64,000 nucleotides of DNA from Azolla caroliniana (taxonomy: Eukaryota; Plantae; Polypodiophyta): assembly GCA_043228905.1 (NCBI GenBank), contig JBHGNT010000018.1, forward strand, positions 5,518,001 to 5,582,000, in the 5' to 3' direction. A program made the translations under genes and the position numbers. The notes below the pieces were generated by a model. The model made no database searches. It was not told where the DNA came from and saw only the letters and a list, made by a program, of their open reading frames with translations. Shown here piece by piece: positions 25,601 through 36,757 of the stretch. How positions within the stretch are numbered: the stretch's first letter is position 1; each line of letters starts with the position of its first letter.

Positions 25601-28600
25601 ATGGAATGGGCAAGTCGGCAATGTGCAACATGTGCACATGTATAGTAGAAAAATGGTGTATAGAATAAGGGGGAGAATTTATCCCACATTGTAACGTCCC
25701 TCCCTCCTTGGGTTATAAAAGGAAGGGAGGGGTCTCTTGTGTGGGGGTTGCCCATTTTGAGTTAGGAAGGGTATACCACTTAGGTCTAGGGTTTGGTAGT
25801 TTTCTTGGACTTCATCTTATTCTTAGCCCCTTAGGGTTTGTACTTTGGTCTTTTCACCCTATTTCGTTTAGGGTTTCATTTTGAGTCCTCTTCTTCATTG
25901 TCTCGTGGGTTTGGTTCATTCTTTCGAGTGGAGGTTAGTATTCCGTTTAGGTTCTTCTTCTTGTGAAAGTTCGTGCAAGTTAGCGTTTATGCGGTTTAGG
26001 GTTTCGGGTGTTACTCTCTCTTCTTCGTGTGAGAGTTTGGTTTGGTTTGGGGGTTCCTACAACGACGGCTTTAGGCATTCCGGTGGCAGCACTTGGTGAT
26101 TTGGCTTCCTCTCCTCTATGGAGAGCGTTTCATGTGGCGGCCGGTTCGAGAAGGGAGGGCGAAGTGGCGCGGGAACACTCCAACGTCTTCGGGGCGTGAC
26201 CAACGGTGGACGTCGCGGTCCCGGTGGCCCACTTGACTCGTCATTCTTAACTTGTTGTATTGGCCTATTGATATGTAATAGCCACCGGATTCGGGGCATG
26301 TAACCGTCTTTTGTAAAGCTCTTGTAATATATATTCATGTTAGCGTATAGATCTATCTTCCTTGTAACATATTTGAGTCGGGTCCATATTCGTAGTGAAC
26401 CGTTTTTGTGAAACCCTACATTCGTTGGAGCCGGAAGCCAATTCCGGACCGAAGCTCACTAAGCTTAAGGACTCCACCATCCGTCTCCCTAGTCCAAGAC
26501 CCCAGCAGTCCCGCCTAAGATCCTACACGTACCCGCGGAAAACCGCAACACCGTTCTTCTTCGGCACCTTAAACCACTGATTCGAATATGGGGCGCTCGA
26601 CGGCTCGAGGATGCCCATCTCCACCTTCTACTTCAGCAGCTCCATTAGCTTCGGGATGTGAACTCTTGGCACCAGGATCGGCTTGAGGTTCCACGGCACA
26701 TGTGGTACCGTGAAGATAACCATCGGCTCTACGACCGTCGGGTCGTCGCACCTGATCTCCTCCGGAGAGAATGCAAAGGCTTTCCCGTGCCTTCCGAGCA
26801 TCCTACGAAACCAGTCCTCTTCCGCCGAGAGTAGGAAGCCACCCCAACCGATTTTCAGCTCTCACAGCGTCTCGTTGGTGAACCAGTGCCCTATGCCGGC
26901 CGGATTCTGCAAGCTCAGGTCTGACGCGACCCCTTTAATCCGCTCCGCGCTGCCCTTCAGCAAGGGAGCCGCGACTGGCCTCACCTTCTGATTCATAGCC
27001 TTGTATTTGGTATCAACTTGGGCAGTCTTCTCCGACCCGATCATCCCTCCGAAGTCCGCGATGACTTCGTACATTTCCATGGAACTGACCGGAATTACCC
27101 GGTCTTCGCTTAGGCCTTCATCGGCTACCCTTCCGATCTCTCCAAGGGTGTCGTCGAATGAGATCGCCTCCACGACACTACTAATCTAGTCATCGGAGCC
27201 AAGGGCACTACTCGCCCTTAAACGCTCTTTGACCTTCCTCTTTTCTCGACTGTTGATACCGGCTATAGTACAACCTCCACTATCGGAGAACCAAAACTTC
27301 CTACCTATGGTACATGTGTGGGGTTTCTCTGGGGTGTCCGGACTACCACGGCCCCATGCCTTGATAGCCCTCTTTAAAAATCATCTCGGCCATCGCTGCC
27401 AAGAGATTCGCGGTTACGCTCGTGGTTAGGACGAACCATTAGGAATTGGATGGAGTGACGCCCGTCCTAGCTCTTCACCCATGCGTACGCCGAACCATTG
27501 TTCAACACTTTAGTTTCCATACTGGCCACCATAATGTATGGTTCGCCGAGAATGATCAGGTTTGAGGAAGTCTCCTACATGAAAAAGTGTTGATCAATCT
27601 CGACATCCCCAATCTTCACTCGTATGTTTAGGCACGACCCGTGTAGTTCCTTTATAGCGTGCGTAACCGCACGTATCTTCCACACATGCTTGGTGTTGAT
27701 CGGCCATTTTCCCTTCTTGTAGAAATCCATGGACTTTGATTTTGGATTCATGGTCTATCAGGGCCACCACCGGTTCCTCGACGTTCCCGATCTGAACAGG
27801 GGTCTCCGTAGTCTCTGTTGCCCAATGTGGCTTCAAGTAATGGCTCTCCTCCAATTCGTCTTCTACTGTCGCGTCATCTAGGTGCGTCGTTCGCAGCTCC
27901 ACGGCCTTCTTTGGTTCTGGCTCCGTCGTGAGCCTCTTGCGCTTCACCAAGTCCATGATGGAATCGTGGAACTCCTTCTTGGCGATTCCTAGTACTTCCC
28001 TCAAAGACAGCTCCACCCGGATGTCAAGGATCCGTTATTCGAGGACTTTCCGCAAGTCCGTCGCTCTTTCTATTTCCGTGCCCAACCGGTAACATGTCGG
28101 CTTTAACCTTTCCTGCAAGCCAGAAGTCCCGGCATCGTTCTTCTTTGGCACGTTCCGAGTGTCGTACCGGTTAGAGGGTCTGGTTCCTCCGACCTTTCCC
28201 GCTCGCTTGTCCTCTACCAGAACTTCGTAGTTCTGGCACGCCGCTTCCACGAAACCGGTCTTTTCCTCGATCGGATCGTTCCACCCCATGACCTCCCGGA
28301 CCCGCTTCTCCGCGTGGTCCGCTTCTTCCTTCCTCAGCCATACTCCGGAAAGACTTTCCAGTACTAGTGGCCAGAACCCGGAGTCCTTCGATTTCAGGTC
28401 GCCGTCACTTCCGACCTGGATACTGGCCGATGCCGAATAATGGACGGCCTCGGCATACCGCGTCGCGGCTTCTTCCATTATTTGTTTCATCCTGCACCAA
28501 CTAGTATTCAATTCCAGGGCTTTCCGAGTCTCACATGCATGCACACGCCCTTTCCATAGGTACACCACGTTGCTTCTAAGTGCCTCGATAAAATCCGTGC

Positions 28601-29493
28601 AATCTCTTCGGATGTGGCCGACCGCATCGCACCACATACATCACTGATCGATTGGAGGCCTCCGGTCACGCGACTGTCGCCCGCTATCTCTCCTGTCCTG
28701 CACGATCTGGAGGTCTCGTACCATCTTAGTGAGCTCTTCTAGGGTCTCGCCTCAGATGGGCCCTTGACCATGTCGGTCAAAACCTCGCCGGACTTGATCG
28801 ACCGTCGCATCTCTTCCATTCGAGTCAGAATCGGTTATTCAAGCTTCCTCCCTGCCATCGGGCCTATTGTTGACGGGCCCTCGTCGCTCCACTCATGTCG
28901 TTTGTCGAAATGGTTGCAGACCCCGTTCACCACAACCCAACCAGTCGTAAGCCCCTCGTCCGTCTCCAGCAGGAGACCCACCTTCTCCTAATCAAGCGCA
29001 TCCACTGACTTGATGAAGAGTAGGACCCGGCTCATATCGAGCACGATCTGGTCCAACGCCAAGAGCCGAGCAAATTGCCTTTCGAACTCTTGGAGGAGCG
29101 TCGATGTATTCCTCCCCTTTCCAAGGTTCTCGAACCATTCCATAAACTCCCACTTTGACAGCTGAAGCGAGTCATCGAACCCATACCTCTCGAGGAGCCG
29201 TCCCTCGAACTCCTCCCAATTTTGGCACCTTGCCTATACCTCGAGCACCTCTGCGTGAATGCTCGGCGAAACCACCCGAGGGAATCCGGACAGTTTTCTG
29301 TCCTCCGAGATGTCCCTCATTATCATCTCGGCCCGGTAGGCCTCAAGATAACTCGTCGCGTTCTTCCCACCAAACCGACCTATTGTGCCGACAATCGATT
29401 CAATGGCCCTATCAAGGGCACCCGTGCCCTCACGAGTGCTCACTAGGCGGTCTACAGGCGCCGCCATGGCTTTGGCGAGTTTGATTCCCCTCA
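22623..29493 (-). mobile_element. Degenerate Gypsy element D (TGTCGT-terminus group); partial 3' LTR 22623-22849, 5' end truncated
   Basis: gag (GRFGGKNATSYLEAYRAEM, CMWCDAVGHIRRDC), protease remnant, RT (DLYSGYDQ, LPQGGTN, FLDD), RH (VDTSPTG), INT (ICRYGCIGKIVADRGE), PPT GTGGGGGTGGA followed by TGTCGTGAGG. Confidence 0.85.
25565..26550. mobile_element. Solo LTR (986 bp) inserted in the RT of element D
   Basis: TGTCGTG...CCGCAACA termini. Removing it plus one copy of the 4-bp duplication TCGT/CCGT restores VPKKNG-TLRFIQDL. Confidence 0.8.
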
Positions 29494-29835
29494 TCTTCAA
29501 AACTCTGTTGTATTTGTAAATAGGTTTTGCTACGTCTATTTGGGCCAGAATTGTAAATAGTCCTAAAGTTGTATTAGTATAAATACAACTAGGGCAAATC
29601 AATGTATGAGGATGAAAAAGTTATATTTGGTAGTTGCCTCTATAACTGAGAGTGTGCAGGAGAGTGAGAGAGTGTAGTAACTCTGTTGTAACCGTTGTCT
29701 GACGAAGAAGAACTCAAGGTAGTTGTCTTAGAGTTTCTTATTTGTATTCCCCATGCATATATGAAATTTTTTGGGGTTTGTGGGCTCACATGGTTTTTCT
29801 CTTTTAGGGTTTTCCATGTAAAAATACTTGTGTCA
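29494..29835 (+). repeat. Truncated Copia-type LTR fragment
   Basis: Shares TTGTAAATAG, the TATA hairpin followed by AGGGCAAA, and TGGTTTTTC..AGGGTTTTCCA motifs with the other Copia LTRs in the window. Confidence 0.7.
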
Positions 29836-31905
29836 AATGCATCCATTTGCAAAGTTTTCCTCTATGTAGGCTCGAAGAACCTCAAGCTCGGTTGGTGAAA
29901 AATTGTAGATCGGTCTCCACGGTGGCTCTTTTCCAAGTTTTAAATCAATGGGACAATCTTACGGTCAATGTTGTGGAAGAGTATTAGTTTTTACTTATAA
30001 AAAACATCAGCATAATCGTGATACTTCTTTGGAAGTTGAATTGTTGACTTCTCCTCAGTAATACTGGAAGGCTTCATTGATACTGCAAATAAAAACATTG
30101 ATTCCTTTCGTCCTTCCTTAATATGTAATTGATGAGAGAAATGGTTGAAATCATATGAGTGAATACTTGAGGTTTCCAATTATCTTGTTAGCGATACTTG
30201 ATTTCTTTCGTTCTCTAGTCGATATTGGGTTCTACGGTTCGAACCATGGCAACCCCAAGACAATTGGATGTTCAAGGTTGTTAATTATATTAAAAGATAT
30301 TACGCATGCCAAATTATCTAGGACCACATGAATCGGCTACAACTCTTCTACGATATTTTCAGAAGCAATGGGGCGACCATCAATGACTACTATGGAAGCT
30401 AGGCAAGGAAGTTTTCTTAGAGATTCCTGATGAACTTGAGCAAAATCTCTATCAATGAAGCAAGATTTAGCCTCGGTATCTATGAGTGTTGGGGCATGAA
30501 CTGGATGGTTTCCATTGGTGTTGGCGCATTTGTAGAAGATGTATTATATGATTTCTTTGAGAAGGGTGTTGCTACGGTTGATGCGTACGTGGGCTCCGAT
30601 CTTGTCCTTGGCATTTGTTGTTGTCATTCTGAATGTTGTTCGAAAAGCCGATTATCACATCTCACTGCTCGACTAATTGCCTCCGTGAGTGACTTTGGTT
30701 CTTTTGGAAATGTTAGGAGTAAATTTTTCACATCATTTCGTGGTCTGAACTGAAACTGCTCCATTAATGTGTGGTTGTTCAATGGAATATCTATTGCAAG
30801 TAGATGAAAATCAGTGGCATAAACTGAGGCCGAACGATCTCCTAGATGCAGTCTTCGGATTTTATTGATTGTTGTTCTAACACTATCAGTATCTCCAAAA
30901 CACGCTTTGAGCTCATTAATAAACTCCTCGAAATCATTTAACAAAGGACATCTTTTTTCCAACAAAGGGGCAAACCATGCCAATGTTGTACCACTAAGTA
31001 ATGTGCCTACTAGACCCACTCGTGATGCATCGGTTGGATATCGAGAAGGATGCATTTGAATTACCAAACGTACTTGGTTGAGGAACCCTCTAAATTGCGA
31101 TTGCATTCCATCAAATTTCATGGGAAGACCAATGTTGGGTTCTTTAGGGATCCCTTGAGTACTTGGTCTATGTTGTTGTAATGACATGATAGTTGCTTCC
31201 GATTGTTGTACTCGTAACGCCAACTCCTCGTGTTGTTGCGTTTGTTGCTTTTCTAGTGTAATTTGTTGAAGATACCCCAATAAACGTTGGTTTTCTTGTT
31301 CTAGTGCTACGAACTTTACTTTCAAGCACTGATGCTCCGAAAAGACGGATTGGTATTCTTGTGTGCTAACAAAGGCCAGGAGAACTTAGAGGAAGGATAA
31401 GAAAATTAGTATTGGAGGAAGGTAGGATAAGAAGAAGCAATTTGGTTCAAACTATCAAGAGTAGTACTAAAGATAGAGAGGATTAGTACTAGAGATAGAG
31501 GAAAAGAGAGAGCGAGTATTGTAAGAATTAGTATTAGATATGGAGAGAAGGGACATATATTGTTAGAGAATCACGAGAGAGAGAGAGAGAGAGAGTGGAA
31601 GAGAGAAGTATGATAACAAAGAAGTATATTATATGAAAAGGAGTACAAGGATAGCTAAGAGGCTTAAGACTGGCATTGAACCAAATGGATTCTGAATAGT
31701 ACCATATGCCTCTATTTATAGGATTATCAAGAGTATTCATGAAGTTTCTAGAATGTTCTAGATTAATATATACATGAATTTTTCCTAATGAAATAATAAA
31801 GGAAAATAATATTTTATATATTATAATGGTTATCCTAATGGTATGGTCTCCACCTGTGTATCATAAGATCACATGTTCAATTCCTTTTGAGGCCTTATCA
31901 TGACA
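29836..31905 (-). mobile_element. 5' part of a Tf1/Tcn1-like chromovirus-type Gypsy (LTR about 31453-31905, gag, degenerate PR, RT start)
   Basis: gag KFDGMQSQFRGFLNQVRL...LAWFAPLLEK; RT lead-in DCPIDLKLGKEPPWRPIYNFSPTELEVLRAYIEEN; self-priming type PBS. Confidence 0.75.
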
Positions 31906-33090
31906 AGGCGGATGAACTATGAGATTTAAAATTATGAACACTCTATTGCTTGGGGAAGTTCCTAATCAAAGGACGGTAACAGAGAAGTGGATTAGCTATA
32001 AGGAGGAGGGCTCCTTGATCCCAAGAGGTAGGGAAACGTCGGACAAGATCCAAGACCATGAACTAGGAGACAATGAGGTACCAACATTGAACATGGAAAT
32101 TCAAGTACTCGCATATATAGGTCGGAAATGGATTGTAAACCTCGATCCGATCAAAGTACAACCGAAATAGCACATATGTATTCATGAAAACACATGGCCA
32201 CGTAAGGTAAGTTGGGACCCTTTGCAATGGACGTGGCGCGATCCTTATGCGGGTCCAAGAAGCAAAGTCATCCCTTTCTTCTAATTCACGACTAGATTGG
32301 GACCTTACATTCTAGTCACTCAAATTGCCCGTGAGCTAGCTACGCAAAGATTTGGCACAAATATCATGTTCCCCATGTAATTATTACCAAGTTTTGGCGG
32401 AAAGTATAGAAACAACGCCATACTAGGTGAATTACCACATTCCACTGGCTAGTAATACATAGGTCACTACCGATTGGAGCGTGGCAACGTGGGATCCTTA
32501 GGCCTCCTAATTGTGTAGCATGTCCAAATGTCATAGAGTCAATTCGACATGCTTTTTGGGACTGCCTAGAGACCCATCGAATATGGTGGGGGGTTGGTCA
32601 CCTATTGCAATTATGTCAAGTGCAAGGCACAATCAAGTGTATGTTGGTTATCATGCCAGGCCCCAATTGACAAGTACGAACATCAGGTGGAGGGGATGAC
32701 ACTATTGATAAAGGTACAAGGGATTTTTTTTTCCACCATTAACAATATCCACTCAACTCCTATTAATACCAAACCTCAAGTTGTGTTAGAATTGGTCAAC
32801 GCAATCCCTCTTTGGATTCTTTGGAGACAACGGTATATACGGGTCTTTTCCAGTCAAATAGTGCATCAAGTAATGTTATTGCAGGAGATATGGAGTGAAG
32901 AGTTGTAGCCACTCTAAAGAGCCAATACGATGGCCTCACAAGCGGATCCAATTGAGTCTAAAGACAACAATTAGCCTTGATCCAACAATGGTTGTCCTCT
33001 CCCTTTCTTGAGTTAGTGGGTCTCCATATAAAATGGAACTATCGCGTCTATGCTACGATTTGTATATAACATTCTCATCTGTAAAAATTT
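31906..33090 (+). mobile_element. Degenerate 3' remnant of an L1-type LINE (zf-RVT region)
   Basis: FHWLVIHRSLP...CVACPNVIESIRHAFWDC at about 32440-32570 and LWILWRQRYIRVF at about 32810-32850. Confidence 0.65.
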
Positions 33091-36000
33091 TATAACTAAT
33101 GGGAGTTTTTTTTTTTTTTTTTTTGGGGGGGGGGGGGGGGGGAGAAAATGTTAGTTTAAAGGGCTCCTTTCACGTTACAAGATCATTAGTCATTAACCAT
33201 TTGTAACTATTAAAGGGTAGTTCCCCACAATTACAATATGGTCAAGTTTCTTGCATATATATGGTTAATGATCAATATTTTCAATTGGAAATACTTAGTC
33301 TTATAGGATTGTTAAAACTAAAGAATATCACATTGTTTCCCTTAACATGAACCACGTTGATGTTTCCTTTGTCGTTTATCTTGATAGTTTTGTTCACAAA
33401 GTTTGAGCTCTTGTCTTGAGTATTTTCTTGGGCCTATCTTGTGACTACAAGGATATGACACCACCATGTAATATTCCATAATCAAAATCTTAATGAATTT
33501 ATTAATCAATCTCAAATCACAAACAATCTTGATATGATTGTTAAAGGCTAAAAAACCTCTCTCTAGATTGTTTTCAAATATTCACTAGGAGCTCCTTGGC
33601 ACAACTTTTTCATTTGGTATTTTTTGCATTGCCTTTTGTAATGGAACTTAATATGGAGACCTTAGGTTGTGAAAAGTGTGCACACTCAAAAATATTAGGT
33701 GGAACACATATATGCCCCTTGCTCAATACTTAAACGCACAACTTTTAGGTTAGAAAAACACAAGCTTTATGGGTAATATAATCTATAAACAATATTTTTA
33801 TGAATATTGTTTATAGAACATCTAAAGTCCTCTTACATGATGATAAAGAAATAGTTTCACATTGATCTTCAACATGTACAATTATATATTCTTTCCTTAC
33901 ATTAGAGTTGTCATCGTGGATTTTCAACTCACGTTAACTCTCCAAGTTCCCACTAGTGACGCATTACTAAAAAGTTGTATTTCACCCTTCTTTGACACGG
34001 TTTATAAATGATGGTGATTACTATTTTCAACAATGTCATAGAAGCGTTGAGATTACCACATAAGAAATGTCTAACGTTCAAGAGATTCCCTTCACACTTT
34101 ATTCCAAACAATGGCTATCGGTAGGATCAATTTTTATTTAGGATTGAGCATAAAGTAGGTCAAACTTATGCATACAAATGTACAACATGGGAGTTCATGT
34201 TGGGCTTTGGGTGTTTCTTGTGCTTCAAACACAGTGGAAATATGTTCTTTTATGGATACCACCTTCACTTTATTCGTTTAGAAAAAGGGCTACACAAAGT
34301 GGTGAGTGATGATACTTTTGAATGTTCTATGACAAACATATAATGCACAATGCCATGTGATTGGATAAACATATTATAAATGCTAGACAATAACTTTCTT
34401 TAATAAAAGAAGTTAAGAAAAGGATCCGTGGTAGTGAAGTAATTTAAGATCTTGATGTGTACATTCACCGAACATTTAACATTACAGATTTAGTAGTTGA
34501 AGGAGATTGTGATCTTTAGGTTCGATTGTTGTTTTAAACTGAATTATTAATTGTTTAAAGTTTAAAAAAGGGGATGATATGATTTCTAACCTTCTTGGAT
34601 ACACACGTACACACATATGGTTGATTCTTCATGCTGTTAACTTTCATCAACATATCTTCAAAACTGTAAATTGTATATTATGAAAAAAGTAGCTTAACAT
34701 AAAACACTAAACACTATTAAGTTTACTGTGTAAAAAAACAAGTTTCTCATTCATACTTTAGTATGATGATAGAAAAATCTCGGCTTATTTAGCTCCCAAA
34801 ATTTAGTTCTTGCTTCTAACCAACAACCTCTTAATTGTTCCCCTTGCCACATGTTTTTTGCTGCCTCCTTCCTTTGAGGTATCCTAATGCTATTAATGCG
34901 TTACCTAACACCACATTTTTATGGTAAAAGAAAAAGTTCCACACATGGTAAAAAAACCCAAAAACTTCAAGTTTCCAATCTCATGTGGTCCATGGTTGAC
35001 CCATATTTTACCGGACATCACTGCTAACCTAAAGACAAGCAGATTTTCGAAGGTTCTTCACTTGTAAGGCCATACGTTAGGGATTGAACTCTCTTTCTCA
35101 ACCATTCTCTTGCCCTAAATGGCACTTGGATCCCCATTAACAAAAAGAAAGAGTGGTTTATGCAATGGTCAGATTTGATACATGGTAATAAAATCCGTGA
35201 TGTTTTGTGTACACGTGTTATCTTAAATTAGGTGGTAAGATAAAGCTACCGAAATCCTTGCTTCATTAGATCCATGAATGGTGATAAGAATTCATGCACC
35301 CATATGTCACCATAACTAGCTAAAACCTATTGACTTCTCCTCAATTATATTTGTAATGTATTCATTTATCCTAAATGATATTTGTAATGGAGTTCATGGT
35401 TGACCCGTGCATTATAAGGCACGGAGCTTAAACACAACTAGACCTAGAGGGTTCATGGTTGACTTTACATTATGAGGCACCATATGCCTAAACAAAAATA
35501 GACTTGAAGGATTTGGCATGTGTTGGGATATTGTATATAGGCCATATGTCAACTCTTGCTCCACCACATTCTTAATGGCACTCGGACCCCTCAATAAGCG
35601 AAACACAATATATTATTGGTGAAAGAGTGATTTATGCAATGGTGTAAAACGATACACGACGATAAGATCTACAATATGTGTACACACCTACATTAATTAG
35701 GTAGCATTATTAAAGCCATCTCCATCCTAGCTTTATTAGGTTCATGCATGGCAATAAGAGTGTCATTATTATGTCCATACATATGATCTTAACTAATCAT
35801 GACAAAGGGCCTACATAGGGAGGTCATTATAGACCTAGTCAAGATACATTTATCACCTATAACAGATGATATCGATTACAAGGACATACACAAACTTAAA
35901 ACAAGGGGTGAATACTAACAAAGCTCGTAGACATGTTAAATGGGGGGTATGCAAGTATGTAACCCTCATCATTAACTCACGTGAGTGACTAGGCCATAAC

Positions 36001-36300
36001 TAACTCTGGCCTTTTACACGGGTTTAACCCACGTGGCTACTAGCAAGACCATAGCTATATATATATATAGTGTGGGGCTGTCGCGGATCAACCCTTTTTC
36101 CATGGCCATGATCGCAATGGGAAGTGATCCGAGGGATAGGCTTATAACCTGCAGACATGTATAGATCTCGTGCGTGTGTGTGGGTGTGTGTGCCGGCCAT
36201 ATCGGGGCATGTGTCCGCCCAACGTGTTAGGCCATGGCCGGGATTGCTTAACTATCTATGGTCCCTTGGGCCCTGGGTCACCCTGCCCTGGCTTCTTCTA

Positions 36301-36342
36301 GAAGAAGAAGAAGAAGAAGAAGAAGAAGAAGAAGAAGAAGAA
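36301..36342 (+). repeat. (GAA)14 microsatellite in the probable 5' leader/promoter of the GT64 gene
   Basis: Read directly; followed by CT/CTGT microsatellites at about 36425-36475. Confidence 0.9.
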
Positions 36343-36757
36343 TTAAACAGAAGGACAAGAGGAAGAGAAGAAGTTAAAGACTTCCTTTGCCTTTTATGTC
36401 TCTCTGTATACATATATATACATATGTCTTCTCTCTCTCTCTGTCTCTATCTCTGTCTCTGTCTCTGTCTCTTTTCTTTATAGCAGCCATGGCTACTTCC
36501 TTCAGCTCTCTTCTCTGCAACACCTCTAATTGGCTCTTATGTCCCTCGCATGCATCGCTCTCATATTGATGACCCGGGCAGATTTCTCACGCAGACTGAA
36601 AGTCTTCTGAGAGCTTTGCGTTCCCATTTCTTACAGCCATGCTCGCGATTAGCTTATAATAGCTTCTTGTGGAAGCTAAATACATTGTGGTGTTGAGTCA
36701 GAGACAAAAAAATAAAAAAAATCAGTACTATATACTAATAACTCAGGGGAGCCTCTG

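Noticed and set aside
33106-33142. T19-G18 homopolymer junction
   Set aside because: Simple homopolymers near a LINE end, prone to sequencing error; no supporting structure.
33200-34400. Possible decayed DNA-transposon coding sequence (also 40500-41950)
   Set aside because: No motif could be read convincingly in any frame; a profile search is needed.
34985-35770. Old degenerate duplication upstream of GINT1 (shared CATGGTTGAC and GAAAGAGTG.TTTATGCAATGGT)
   Set aside because: Real but highly diverged; no boundaries or function can be assigned.
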